Counted from the first letter of the stretch, positions 10,033 through 19,967 are shown. The stretch is 40,000 nucleotides of DNA from Vibrio gazogenes (GCF_023920225.1 NZ_CP092587.1:3025709-3065708); one strand, 5' to 3'. Translations and numbers: made by a program. The notes: generated by a model from the letters alone, not told the origin.

Positions 10033-11229
10033 TCAGGACGCGAGTTGCTTCTGCTGCTGAGAGAGCCAATCAATCCAAGCAGACATGCCTTCACCGGTGG
10101 TGGCAGATAATTTGATCACTTGAATTTGCGGATTGATCTGACGCGCGTTCGCAATACAGGCTTCGATATCAAAATCGACGTAATCTAACAGATCAATCTT
10201 ATTCACCAGCATTAACTGAGAAGCAGCAAACATATTTGGATACTTCAATGGCTTATCTTCCCCTTCCGTGACAGATAAAATAGTCACTTTATGCTGCTCT
10301 CCCAAATCAAAACTCGCAGGGCAAACTAAATTACCGACATTTTCAATGAACAAGATACCGGATGTTTGCATGTCAAGCTGATGATAGGCACGGTGAATCA
10401 TCTGAGCGTCCAGATGGCAACCTTTGCCTGTATTGACCTGAATCGCCGGCACATCTGTTGCCCGAATTCGGTTCGCATCCTGACTGGTCTGTTGATCCCC
10501 TTCAATCACCGCACATGAATAGTTGGATTGCAACTGCTTCAGCGTTTCGACCAGAAGGGTCGTCTTACCGGATCCCGGACTCGACATCAGATTCAAAACC
10601 AGTTGACCATGTGCTTGAAAATGAGCTCGGTTCTCATCAGCGATTCGATCATTCTGGCTCAGAATATCTTGTTCCAGATGGATTAACTGACGCTGAGATA
10701 CCCCGGTAACATGTGTTTGAGCGGCCCCCTGACCATAGTGAAGATCTCCCTGCACCGTCACTGTCGGCTGATGGGGTTCTTCGTGGTGATGATGGGACTC
10801 ATGATGATCAACTGCATGATTGAGTGCTTCGTCAAAATGAGCTTCGTGAACATGAGCTTCATGAAAATGAGCACCGTGAGAATGCGTTTCATGATGATGG
10901 GGCGTGTGGTGATGAGCACCCGCAGGCTCATGCACCGTCTTCATCTCTGACGGCAATTCATCCTGATGCACATGATAGTGAATATGATGGTGGACATCGC
11001 CCTGATGACTGTAATGATGATGAACGACCAACGGCTGTACTTTTGACGGTTCAGCATGTGTATGAGGATGAGAGTGACCATGATGGTCATGATGGTCATG
11101 ATGGTCATGATGGTCATGATGGTCATGATGGTCATGATGGTCATGATGGTCATGATGGTCATGATGGTCATGATGGTCATGATGATGCTCGTCCAAGTGA
11201 CTTTCGCCACAACCGCAAACACTACACAT
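10033..11229 (-). CDS. hypB: Hydrogenase nickel-incorporation GTPase HypB with very long His-rich N-terminal insertion
   Basis: 398 aa. It has the N-terminal high-affinity Ni motif MCSVCGCG, a ~150-residue His-rich tract, and a G-domain with P-loop [15 protein letters not shown] and NKIDL. The start overlaps the hypA stop by 8 nt. Confidence 0.95.
   Translation of the reverse strand: MCSVCGCGESHLDEHHHDHHDHHDHHDHHDHHDHHDHHDHHDHHDHHDHHGHSHPHTHAEPSKVQPLVVHHHYSHQGDVHHHIHYHVHQDELPSEMKTVHEPAGAHHHTPHHHETHSHGAHFHEAHVHEAHFDEALNHAVDHHESHHHHEEPHQPTVTVQGDLHYGQGAAQTHVTGVSQRQLIHLEQDILSQNDRIADENRAHFQAHGQLVLNLMSSPGSGKTTLLVETLKQLQSNYSCAVIEGDQQTSQDANRIRATDVPAIQVNTGKGCHLDAQMIHRAYHQLDMQTSGILFIENVGNLVCPASFDLGEQHKVTILSVTEGEDKPLKYPNMFAASQLMLVNKIDLLDYVDFDIEACIANARQINPQIQVIKLSATTGEGMSAWIDWLSQQQKQLAS
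11080..11178 (-). repeat. Perfect in-frame tandem repeat, 11 x 9 bp (plus-strand unit ATGATGGTC = GACCATCAT on the coding strand, encoding Asp-His-His)
   Basis: Counted directly: 99 bp of uninterrupted 9-bp units. It is flanked by a degenerate copy at 11179-11187 (ATGATGATG, encoding HHH). It lies inside hypB codons ~18-50. Confidence 0.97.
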
Positions 11230-11572
11230 AAGATTCTACCTCTATCGATTTAATTTTTAATTCTTGTCCGGTTTCAACGATTAACTGATATGAATGGCAA
11301 AGCGGACATCCGGTATAATGGGTCTCAATATCAACTTGCTGTTGGCACACTTCACACCAAGCGGTGGCAGGAATCATCTCCACTAAAAATTGCGCACCTT
11401 CCGCTAAAGTCTCGCGACTCGCAAATTGCAGGCCGGTCAATAACGCATCCGGCTCAATACAAGAAAGCACACCGATTCCCAAGGTCACTGCCGTTACCCG
11501 ATGAGATTGGCGCTGATGGGCATGTTCAACGACAAGATCAATCGTTTTCAGACTCAGAGATAATTCATGCAT
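11222..11572 (-). CDS. hypA: Hydrogenase nickel-insertion metallochaperone HypA
   Basis: 116 aa with the MHE N-terminal Ni-binding motif (MHELSL) and two CxxC Zn motifs (CEVCQQ ... CPLCHS). Confidence 0.92.
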   Translation of the reverse strand: MHELSLSLKTIDLVVEHAHQRQSHRVTAVTLGIGVLSCIEPDALLTGLQFASRETLAEGAQFLVEMIPATAWCEVCQQQVDIETHYTGCPLCHSYQLIVETGQELKIKSIEVESYV

Positions 11573-11581
11573 GATTGACTC

Positions 11582-12583
11582 CTAGCAAATGCGCGGTAAT
11601 AACTCGCCTGCGGGGAAATCAAGATAGCGCCGACTTCCCCACGCGGTATGCAAGACGGGTTTCGCCGGCGATAACGAGACGGCTTCGCCAATCACCGCTG
11701 CCTGTGAATGAAACTGCTGCAAGACTTCAAGCGTCCGCTGTGCCTGTGCCGCAGGGACCGCAATGACAAACGTCCCTTCATTCGCCAAATCACAGGGCTC
11801 AAACCCACATAATTCACAGATACCCCGCACGGCATCATCGACCGGGATTTGTGCTTCCTCAATCGCCAGTTGCAGCCCGCTACTCTGACACCATTCATTC
11901 AACACCGCAGACAGTCCACCACGCGTTGCATCACGCATCGCATGGATATCGATGGAATCGGCTAACAACGCCTCAACCACTGGCCACAATACGGCACAGT
12001 CACTGATGATGGGGTGAGCAAGCCGTAATGATTCTCTGGCAGCCAGAATACAAGCGCCGTGGCACCCGATATCCCGGGAAACCAAAATCACATCCCCGGC
12101 CATGATTCGGTGAGCCGAGACATCCGCTTTTTGTATTGCACCGATACCCGTGGTATTGATGAACACCTTATCAGCCATGCCTCTGGGCACGACTTTGGTA
12201 TCACCACAGACGATTTGGGTCTGACCGACTGCAAGCTCTGTTGCCATGGCATCGACAATTGCCTCTAACTCACGGATGAGCGTGCCTTCTTCAATGATAA
12301 AGCTACAACTCAAATAAGTCGGTTTTGCTGCAACCATCGCCAAGTCATTACAAGTCCCGGCGACCGCAAGTGTCCCGATGTTGCCACCGGCAAAAAAATG
12401 GGGAGAAACGGTGAAACTGTCGGTGGTCATAGCCAGTGGTGACGGGATATTCAATGTTGCAGCATCTTCAGCCTGATTGAGAATATCGTTACCAAACCGT
12501 TGCCAAAACAGATGCCGGATCAGGTGATTCATCTCCACACCGCCACCACCATGGCTCAATTGAACTGTCGGTTGTTTGTTCAT
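11582..12583 (-). CDS. hypE: Hydrogenase maturation carbamoyl dehydratase HypE
   Basis: 333 aa with a PurM-like fold and the diagnostic C-terminal ...LLPRIC ending in Cys. It follows hypD. Confidence 0.95.
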   Translation of the reverse strand: MNKQPTVQLSHGGGGVEMNHLIRHLFWQRFGNDILNQAEDAATLNIPSPLAMTTDSFTVSPHFFAGGNIGTLAVAGTCNDLAMVAAKPTYLSCSFIIEEGTLIRELEAIVDAMATELAVGQTQIVCGDTKVVPRGMADKVFINTTGIGAIQKADVSAHRIMAGDVILVSRDIGCHGACILAARESLRLAHPIISDCAVLWPVVEALLADSIDIHAMRDATRGGLSAVLNEWCQSSGLQLAIEEAQIPVDDAVRGICELCGFEPCDLANEGTFVIAVPAAQAQRTLEVLQQFHSQAAVIGEAVSLSPAKPVLHTAWGSRRYLDFPAGELLPRIC

Positions 12584-12589
12584 GAATGA

Positions 12590-13744
12590 TTACTCCTGTG
12601 GCGCTGTATGAAAACCGGCATAACGATAATAAGCATTGCAAGCACCTTCAGAGCTCACCATACAACTCCCCATCGGCCGACTCGGTTGACATGCTTTACC
12701 AAAAACTTTGCAATCCGTCGGGCTGGCAAGCCCGCGTAAAATATCCCCGCAGCGGCACGCTTTGTGATCCGGTACCGGGGCTTGTGGTAACAGCGATTCA
12801 AACAATACTTCCGCGTCCATATCCGCATATTGCGCCCGAAGCTTCAGGGCAGACTGCGGAATATTCCCCAACCCACGCCAGTTAAATGCAGCGCGGACAT
12901 CGAAAACATCGGCAATACATGTCTGAGCAACAGCATTTCCCTCAAATGAAACCGCTCGCGAGTATTGCGTCTGCAAAGCAGGCTGGCCACTCAAAGCGAG
13001 TTCAACCAGCATCAATACCGATTCCAACACATCGACAGGCTCAAACCCGGCCACCACCACCGGAATTTGGTAATGCTGAACGATCGGTTGATAAATCTTT
13101 GCACCGGTTATCACGCTGACATGCGACGGGCCGAGAAATGCATTCACGCGCGTCATTGAATCCGCCATCACTGCATCCATTGCAGGAGGCACCAGTACAT
13201 GATTAATGTGAAAACTGAGATTGGTCAGTTGTAGACGTCGCGCTTGTTGTACTAAAACCGCAGTCATGGGGGTTGTGGTTTCAAAACCGATAGCGAAATA
13301 AACCACCTTCTGCTGTGGATTCTGTTGTGCAATCTCAAGCACATCCATCGGGTCATAAATCGGCACAACCGAACCGCCATTGGCCCGACATTCCGCCAAA
13401 GACAAACGAGAACCCGGCACCCGAATCATATCGCCTAAGGTCACCAGAATGACCCCTTCGGTCTGTGCCAGAATAATGGCATGGTCAATCCGTTCTTTCG
13501 GCATGATACAAACCGGGCACCCCGGCCCATGCACAAAATGTAAATTCTCCGGCAATAGTTGTTGAATGCCATATTTCATAATGGTGTGCGTGTGCCCGCC
13601 ACACACTTCCATCATGTAAAGCGGCTCCGGTAAATCACGCGCTTTATGTCGAATTTGCTCCGCCAAAGCACGAATCACAGCCGGTTGCCGAAAGCCCTGA
13701 TACAAAGTCCGGACCGAATCTGTCACCGTTATTTCGTCATTCAT
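12590..13744 (-). CDS. hypD: Hydrogenase Fe-(CN)2CO assembly protein HypD
   Basis: Contains the motifs EVCGGHTH, GPGCPVCI and the C-terminal MVSSEGACNAYYRY. The ORF-track start at 13777 would overlap hypC by 29 nt. The ATG at 13744 (MNDEITV...) lies 4 nt after the hypC stop and gives a length (~384 aa) close to E. coli HypD, so it is preferred. The exact start is uncertain. Confidence 0.92.
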   Translation of the reverse strand: MNDEITVTDSVRTLYQGFRQPAVIRALAEQIRHKARDLPEPLYMMEVCGGHTHTIMKYGIQQLLPENLHFVHGPGCPVCIMPKERIDHAIILAQTEGVILVTLGDMIRVPGSRLSLAECRANGGSVVPIYDPMDVLEIAQQNPQQKVVYFAIGFETTTPMTAVLVQQARRLQLTNLSFHINHVLVPPAMDAVMADSMTRVNAFLGPSHVSVITGAKIYQPIVQHYQIPVVVAGFEPVDVLESVLMLVELALSGQPALQTQYSRAVSFEGNAVAQTCIADVFDVRAAFNWRGLGNIPQSALKLRAQYADMDAEVLFESLLPQAPVPDHKACRCGDILRGLASPTDCKVFGKACQPSRPMGSCMVSSEGACNAYYRYAGFHTAPQE

Positions 13745-13748
13745 CACT

Positions 13749-14000
13749 TTACCCGACCCACATTTCATCAGAACCAACCTGACTGATCAGTTCGCGATAG
13801 GTTTGCAGACTTTCCTTTGCTTCTTGCTGATCAATTTTACTGATCGCAAATCCCACATGAATCAGTAAGTGTTCACCAACTTGAATGGGTTCTGATATCA
13901 AGTGGGTACTAACTTCTCTCTCGACACCTAATGTATCGACGACAGCGGTCATCTGTTCTTGATCGACACTGACAACACTCGCGGGAATACATAAACACAT
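13749..14000 (-). CDS. hypC: Hydrogenase assembly chaperone HypC/HupF family
   Basis: 83 aa with the diagnostic N-terminus MCLCIPA (Cys2) and an OB-fold-sized protein. It lies between hypF and hypD. Confidence 0.9.
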   Translation of the reverse strand: MCLCIPASVVSVDQEQMTAVVDTLGVEREVSTHLISEPIQVGEHLLIHVGFAISKIDQQEAKESLQTYRELISQVGSDEMWVG

Positions 14001-14068
14001 CTCTCATTACTCTCTGTTGCCCGATCAATCAGCCCCAAGGACTGCCCCATCGGATAATTCTCAATTAC

Positions 14069-16339
14069 TCAGCGCTGGTGAATGCCATACCAGAGCTGTC
14101 CCATCGCAATACCGCTATCATTGACCGGAACCATTGTGCCGCTATATATCGGCTGTGTGTTTTCATCCCAGTTGTGCCACAAGATATCCATCAACAATCG
14201 GTTCTGAAAAACGCCGCCACTGACAATCACCGGCAGTGATGGATAACGACCCGCCATCTGCTGAATCGCCCCGGCCAGCGCTTCAATCAGCCCCTGACAA
14301 GCATCGGACACGGCCTCTTGGCTGAGCCAAATTTTCGATTCAATCCCCCGAATCAACAGCGGTTGCCAATCCAATACCGAAGTGCCGTCTTCCCAGTTCA
14401 TCTCCCACGGCGTATCGGTTTGCCCCGCTGTCATTGCCGCGGATTCCACCAGTAAGCCACTTTCGCCGTCAAAATCAGGCCGCTCCAGCAATGCGCCTAA
14501 ACAGGCCCACGCATCGAACAGTCTCCCGACAGAAGTACACAGCGGAGAGTGTTGACCGGACAGCCACAGTTGATGAAGGTTGAAAAAATCATGTTCATGC
14601 CACGATTGAAATGCCGGATGTGCCAGTGACTGGATGTCTTGCAGCGAATAATATTCAAGTAGCATCGCCAGAAGAATCCGGGCGGGCTCACGAATGGCCT
14701 GCTCTCCGCCAATCAAGCGAAACGGTCTTAAACAACCACAACGTTGATAACCTTGCGTATCCGCCAGCAAGACTTCCCCGCCCCAAACCGTGTCATCATC
14801 CCCCATGCCGGTTCCATCAAATGTAAATCCTAATACGGGGCCGGTTAACTGATATTCCGCCATTACCGCCAGAATATGAGCGTGATGATGCTGTACCTGT
14901 AAAAGACTACCGGATTGTGTTTTAGCAAACTGGGTCGAAAAATATCCCGGGTGATAATCACAAACCCATTGTGAAGGCTCACATTGGTATAAATGTTGAA
15001 ATAACGAAATCGTCTTTTCAAATCGTTGTTGTGTATCCAAATCATCCAGATCACCGATATAGGGCGACAACATCGACTGCCCGGACAAGGCCATAGCGAT
15101 CGTCGATTTTTGCTGGGCCCCCATTGCCAGAATAGGTGCGCTCTGGTAATCACAGTGATGACTGAATGGTGCATAACCTCTTGCCATCCGCAGTACCCGA
15201 ATGGCGTGACCGGCCTGATGAACAATGCTATCGTCACATGGATTGGCAATCGGCCGATCATGATCCAATACACCATCTAAAACCTCGCCAAACAAACGCA
15301 GCATCTCATCGCTGTCAGTCACTAATGGCATCCCGGAAAGATTGCCGCTGGTCATAACGAGAATCGGCTCACTCCGGTAGCGACGATATTGCTCAAATAG
15401 CAGATGATGTAACGGGGTATAAGGGAGCATCACACCCAAATAAGGACTGTCGCACGAAACGTCGGGGACAATATGAGGATGAGAGCGACGCTTCATCAAC
15501 ACGATCGGTGCAGCACTGGCGGCTAATGCCTGCCATTCGGCAGTTTCCCCACTGACATATTGCATCGCGGTTTCGACACAATCGACCATGACTGCAAAGG
15601 GTTTACGCTGACGGTGCTTCATTTGGCGCAATTTCATCACACTGGCTGGCAAGGTTGCATCACAAACCAGATGGAAACCCCCAATCCCTTTCACAGCGAT
15701 CACACCGCCCCGGCTGAGTATCTCGGCAGCGTGTTCAAATACCTCATCATACCGGGTAGCCTGGGTGTCACGCAGAGAAACCCTCGGTCCACAATGATGA
15801 CAACTGGTGGGCTGAGCATGATAGCGTCGATTGCTCGGCTCTTGATAGGCCTGTAAACATGACGGGCAGAAATCAAACGCTTTCATCGATGTATTCGCCC
15901 GATCATAAGGCAGTTGCTCAATAATCGAATATCTGGGACCACAATGGGTACAGTTGATAAATGGATAGTGATAATAAGGAGAACGTTCATCGTTCATTTC
16001 AGACAAACATTCAGGACAGATCGATTGATCCGGAGCAACACTGACGGCAACATGCGTCTCATGCTGACTCGGATGAATGGTAAACCCTTGTGCGCGCCCC
16101 AGATGCTGACGCGAGCAAGCAACATCATCAACTCGGGCAAGCCGGGGCGGACGTTCATGCAGCGCCCGAACAAACAAATCAAGTGCCTCTTTGCGTCCCT
16201 GAACGTCAATTTTGACACCGGCAGAGCTATTCATCACCCAGCCGGATAAATGATGCTGAACCGCAAGTTGATAGACAAAGGGGCGGAAACCAACCCCCTG
16301 AACAACCCCGGAGACACAAATAAAATATCGTTCATTCAT
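14069..16339 (-). CDS. hypF: Carbamoyltransferase HypF
   Basis: 756 aa. It has an acylphosphatase-like N-terminus (VSGVVQGVGFRPFVY), two CxxC-X18-CxxC zinc fingers (CPECLSE...CTHCGPR; CPSCLQA...CHHCGPR), and YrdC-like and Kae1-like domains. Confidence 0.95.
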   Translation of the reverse strand: MNERYFICVSGVVQGVGFRPFVYQLAVQHHLSGWVMNSSAGVKIDVQGRKEALDLFVRALHERPPRLARVDDVACSRQHLGRAQGFTIHPSQHETHVAVSVAPDQSICPECLSEMNDERSPYYHYPFINCTHCGPRYSIIEQLPYDRANTSMKAFDFCPSCLQAYQEPSNRRYHAQPTSCHHCGPRVSLRDTQATRYDEVFEHAAEILSRGGVIAVKGIGGFHLVCDATLPASVMKLRQMKHRQRKPFAVMVDCVETAMQYVSGETAEWQALAASAAPIVLMKRRSHPHIVPDVSCDSPYLGVMLPYTPLHHLLFEQYRRYRSEPILVMTSGNLSGMPLVTDSDEMLRLFGEVLDGVLDHDRPIANPCDDSIVHQAGHAIRVLRMARGYAPFSHHCDYQSAPILAMGAQQKSTIAMALSGQSMLSPYIGDLDDLDTQQRFEKTISLFQHLYQCEPSQWVCDYHPGYFSTQFAKTQSGSLLQVQHHHAHILAVMAEYQLTGPVLGFTFDGTGMGDDDTVWGGEVLLADTQGYQRCGCLRPFRLIGGEQAIREPARILLAMLLEYYSLQDIQSLAHPAFQSWHEHDFFNLHQLWLSGQHSPLCTSVGRLFDAWACLGALLERPDFDGESGLLVESAAMTAGQTDTPWEMNWEDGTSVLDWQPLLIRGIESKIWLSQEAVSDACQGLIEALAGAIQQMAGRYPSLPVIVSGGVFQNRLLMDILWHNWDENTQPIYSGTMVPVNDSGIAMGQLWYGIHQR

Positions 16340-16428
16340 GGCACAACCAGCCCTGAGAACTAAAGAGACTAGAGAACGAAAAGCCCGCTCACTGAGAACA
16401 CTTTCTTACGGAAGAAAACCCTGCCCAC

Positions 16429-17007
16429 TCAAGAGAGTAGAAACGAACCGCCCAGCATAGCAACAATAACGCCGAGCATTTTGACCAAGCGGCCGCTGGC
16501 TGAAAAACGCAACACAGCGCTGCCAATGACAATGCCCGTCATATGTAACAAAAACGTGGAGAGCACAAAGCCACTGAAATAAGCCAATGCATGGCTATTG
16601 AACGGCATCTCTGCACCGTGTGCCATCCCATGAAATACTGCAAATGCCATGACTAGAACCGTTACCCACAAATGAGAAACCTGCACACTACGCCAGAGCA
16701 AAATACCCATCACGACGACACTGAGTGCGATATACAGTTCTACGCTCGGGATCACTAAACCGGATACCCCTAAAATACCACCCACAATCATCAATGCGAT
16801 GAAAGAAAGCGGCATCTGCCAGCGACTTCTTCCCCCAAATAAAGCCGCCAAGACACCAACACTGATCATCACACTAAGATGATCGACACCAGTCAGTGGA
16901 TGCAAGATGCCACTTTCAAAACCATGATCTCCCCCATGACCGGAGTGTGCGAATGCCAGTGGAGAAAACAAAACCAGTAACCCGAGGAGTAAATTCTTTA
17001 TTTTCAT
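16429..17007 (-). CDS. hupE: HupE/UreJ-family nickel (cobalt) permease
   Basis: The ORF-track start at 17043 is a TTG. The ATG at 17007 gives MKIKNLLLGLLVLFSPLAFA|HSGH, a signal-peptide-like N-terminus. This is followed by the family signature HPLTGVDH and ~6 hydrophobic helices. Confidence 0.8.
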   Translation of the reverse strand: MKIKNLLLGLLVLFSPLAFAHSGHGGDHGFESGILHPLTGVDHLSVMISVGVLAALFGGRSRWQMPLSFIALMIVGGILGVSGLVIPSVELYIALSVVVMGILLWRSVQVSHLWVTVLVMAFAVFHGMAHGAEMPFNSHALAYFSGFVLSTFLLHMTGIVIGSAVLRFSASGRLVKMLGVIVAMLGGSFLLS

Positions 17008-17043
17008 GTTTCTCTCTTTATCTAAGACTAAATATATTCCCAA

Positions 17044-17871
17044 CTATTGATTCAACCCGAGAATCCTTTCTGCGTGCGTATAAATATTGGCTTGTCCCGG
17101 CCGACAGTAACCACACAACGTGACATTGAGACGTTCCGCTAAATCAACCGCCATATCAGTCGCGGCTGAGATAGCACATAAAATTTCAACCCCACCGGCT
17201 GCGGCTTTTTGCACCATTTCAAAGCTGGCTCGGCTCGTGACCAATACCACCCCTTTCCGTTTATGATGCTTGGTGACCCAACCGATTAATTTATCGAGCG
17301 CAATATGCCGTCCGACATCTTCAAATACTGCTTCCAACTCACCGTGTGTATTCATATATGCCGCAGCATGACAAGAGCCGGTCAGTTGATTCAGTTGCTG
17401 GCTCTGCTGCAAACGATTTAAAGCATCATCCAATTTCTGCAAATGAAATGTTGTATGGCTTTCCAGTGGTGTTTGTACACGACAAACATGAGCCAATTGG
17501 TCCGTACCACAGAGACCACATCCGGTCATGCCCGCCATTGTCCGCCGTTTTTCCTGAAGACGGCTGATACAGCGATTGGCAATATCGATCGAGAGCGTGA
17601 TGCCATCAGGGCTCATCTGAATGTTGATATCATGAATATCACGATCATGATCAATGATGCCTTCCGTCAGTGAAAAACCGACAGCAAACATAGCTAAATC
17701 TCTGGGGGTACACATCATGACGGTATAAGCCACCCCGTTATATTCCAAAGCAACAGGCACTTCCTGAATCAGCGTATCGTCAACCAGATGACACTGATGC
17801 TCCTGCCGATAGCGAACAATTTTTTTATGACTGACAGAATCAATGTTCTGTACCGTGAAAGATTCATTCAT
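17044..17871 (-). CDS. fdhD: Formate dehydrogenase sulfurtransferase/accessory protein FdhD
   Basis: 275 aa with conserved blocks EVPVALEYNG, MTGCGLCG, EDVGRHIALDKL, VTSRASFEMVQKAA and GVEILCAISAAT, matching E. coli FdhD as recalled. Confidence 0.92.
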   Translation of the reverse strand: MNESFTVQNIDSVSHKKIVRYRQEHQCHLVDDTLIQEVPVALEYNGVAYTVMMCTPRDLAMFAVGFSLTEGIIDHDRDIHDINIQMSPDGITLSIDIANRCISRLQEKRRTMAGMTGCGLCGTDQLAHVCRVQTPLESHTTFHLQKLDDALNRLQQSQQLNQLTGSCHAAAYMNTHGELEAVFEDVGRHIALDKLIGWVTKHHKRKGVVLVTSRASFEMVQKAAAGGVEILCAISAATDMAVDLAERLNVTLCGYCRPGQANIYTHAERILGLNQ

Positions 17872-17885
17872 AGGTCAATCCTGAT

Positions 17886-19967
17886 TCATGACGAGGTTGA
17901 TTCAGTCTCAGGCAAATAGTCCTTGCTGCTAATCCCCATCCGTTGCATTCGTGATAGTAATGTGGTTCTTTTTAAACCAAGCTTTGCAGCCGCACCACGG
18001 GCGCCAGCGACAATGCCATTACTTTCTTTAAGCGCCTGAATCACCGTATCACGATTTATTTCAATCGTATCGGTTTTCTCTCGCTGAGCGTCTGCGGCAT
18101 GCTCCTGTTGCTGCGATTCAGCTTTCGGGACTTCCAGACCTAATTTCACTAATTCATCCAATGGAACATTCAGCACATCGCCACGCGTTAAAATCACGGA
18201 TCGCTCAATAAAGTTACGTAACTGCCTGACATTACCCGGCCAGGCAAACGCGGTCAGTGCACGCATCGTTTCATTGGTAATCGCAGTAATATCTTTCCCC
18301 ATTTGCTTGGCAATCACCCGTGTAAAATGCTTCACCAATAAGGGGATATCTTCCGGCCGCTGACGGAGCGGCGGGATTTCTATCGGAAAAATATTCAATC
18401 GGTAATACAGGTCATTGCGAAACGTTTTTTCCTGAACCATGGAGAGTAAATCAGCATTGGTTGCAACCACAATCCGCACATCAACCTGAATCAACTGGTT
18501 TTTCCCGACCCGTTCAATTTCATTTTCCTGCAATACCCGCAACAACTTCGGTTGCAACGCCAACGGCATATCACCGATTTCGTCTAAAAACAGCGTCCCT
18601 TGATGGGCCTGCTCAAAACGCCCAACCCGCTGATGGACGGCTCCGGTAAATGCACCACGTTCATGCCCGAAAAGCTCACTCTCAAATAACCCCTCCGGCA
18701 CGGCGGCACAGTTCATTTTCACCATCCGTTTTTGGCTACGCCGACTCATCTTATGAATCGCCCGGGCAACCAGTTCTTTACCGGTTCCGGTTTCACCCAG
18801 AATCAAAACTGTACTATCACAATCAGCGACCATCGCAACCTGATCAAGCACTCGGTTCATCGCCTCACTCTGGCTGATAATATCGTCAAAAATACGCTGC
18901 TTCTCATCTTTTGACTCAATCGAAATGTATTCACTTTTCGGCAGCACTTTCGTGTGCGTTTCATGCACACTTAAACTATGCATCGCCATCGCAACCCGCG
19001 CCGCAATTTGCTGAAGCAAGTCAAGATCGAGCGCCACATTTTGATCGTTCTTATGCAGCATATAGGCAATGTATCCGACGCGATTGGTCCGGAATACCAT
19101 GGGAATCACGATCAGCTGTTCGATATCTTCTGCAAACTCAATTGCATTCTTCTGAAAGAATAATGGCCTTAAATCATCGCCCTGAATGAATACGGGCGAA
19201 TAAGGATCTTTCGTGTTGTGAAACGCACTGTCATCACTAAAAAAATGGCAATGATGATGAATATTGCCCTGATTCAGATCACTGGTGTACTGTATATAAT
19301 GCCCTTGATAAGGTTCAATCAGTGCTAAATGATGCATCGCAAAATGTTGCTTCAGACAACGGAGCAAAGAATTGAGTAATGTTTCTTTACTATTTTGGCT
19401 GATAACCGCATTCGTCACGTCCACCAGAATATGATAGTTATCTCGCTCATGGCTCAGTTGCTGAGCCACATTTGACGCTAATTCATGCTCGACAACATGC
19501 GCAATGAAAGAGACGAGAATACTACTGACCATGCGAAACTGCTTTTCACCATCCGCCATATGACTGAGCTTAGGGTTGATAAACTCAATCACTCCCAGTT
19601 GCTGACTGACTGTGTTCAGCGGCATTTTGCAATAATGACCAATGTCCCGGTAAGCCGGATGATCAGCAAAATGAGGATAGTAATAAGCAAAGCCGTCACG
19701 ATCGAGTTCGTAGACGCCATCATCATAAGACTGATGATATAAACCTATCTCTTGAGGATGAAATGTCTCATGCTGAACTTGCTGATCGCTATCAACATAG
19801 TAAAGAAGCAATTCATCAGAAACGTCCCGATGCAGGATAATGTTGATCCGCTCGACTTGCAGAAACGAACATTCCTCATCATTTAGAAATTTCAATAAGT
19901 CAGACATATCGTGAATCGATAGCATGGCTTTTGAAAAATTCATCAACTCTTGAGCAATTCTATTCAT
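17886..19967 (-). CDS. fhlA: Sigma-54-dependent formate hydrogenlyase transcriptional activator (FhlA-like)
   Basis: 693 aa (E. coli FhlA is ~692). It has a long N-terminal GAF-type sensory region, an AAA+ core (GETGTGKE, ESELFGHERGAFTGA with the GAFTGA sigma-54 contact loop) and a C-terminal Fis-type HTH (AAKLGLKRTTLLSRMQRMGI). Confidence 0.88.
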   Translation of the reverse strand: MNRIAQELMNFSKAMLSIHDMSDLLKFLNDEECSFLQVERINIILHRDVSDELLLYYVDSDQQVQHETFHPQEIGLYHQSYDDGVYELDRDGFAYYYPHFADHPAYRDIGHYCKMPLNTVSQQLGVIEFINPKLSHMADGEKQFRMVSSILVSFIAHVVEHELASNVAQQLSHERDNYHILVDVTNAVISQNSKETLLNSLLRCLKQHFAMHHLALIEPYQGHYIQYTSDLNQGNIHHHCHFFSDDSAFHNTKDPYSPVFIQGDDLRPLFFQKNAIEFAEDIEQLIVIPMVFRTNRVGYIAYMLHKNDQNVALDLDLLQQIAARVAMAMHSLSVHETHTKVLPKSEYISIESKDEKQRIFDDIISQSEAMNRVLDQVAMVADCDSTVLILGETGTGKELVARAIHKMSRRSQKRMVKMNCAAVPEGLFESELFGHERGAFTGAVHQRVGRFEQAHQGTLFLDEIGDMPLALQPKLLRVLQENEIERVGKNQLIQVDVRIVVATNADLLSMVQEKTFRNDLYYRLNIFPIEIPPLRQRPEDIPLLVKHFTRVIAKQMGKDITAITNETMRALTAFAWPGNVRQLRNFIERSVILTRGDVLNVPLDELVKLGLEVPKAESQQQEHAADAQREKTDTIEINRDTVIQALKESNGIVAGARGAAAKLGLKRTTLLSRMQRMGISSKDYLPETESTSS

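Noticed and set aside
11080-11178. Regular short repeats that might suggest a CRISPR array or a satellite/mobile element.
   Set aside because: The units are 9 bp, directly abutting with no spacers, and in frame within a conserved gene. There are no cas genes or leader. It is a coding microsatellite, not a CRISPR array.
10824-11253. ORFs 10824..11231(+), 11056..11253(+) and 10941..11222(-), with striking low-complexity translations (GHDGHDGHD..., [10 protein letters not shown]..., IMTIMTIMT...).
   Set aside because: They are alternative-frame or antisense readings of the hypB His-rich region and its 9-bp tandem repeat. hypB itself has unambiguous N-terminal CxxCGC and GTPase motifs in the remaining frame, so these are repeat artefacts rather than genes.
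13920-16889. Additional single copies of the TCGACAC core at 13920-13927 (hypC), 15573-15579 (hypF) and 16883-16889 (hupE), considered as internal FhlA sites.
   Set aside because: They are isolated, inside coding sequence and not paired. A 7-mer is expected several times by chance in 80 kb of two-strand sequence. No -24/-12 element lies nearby.
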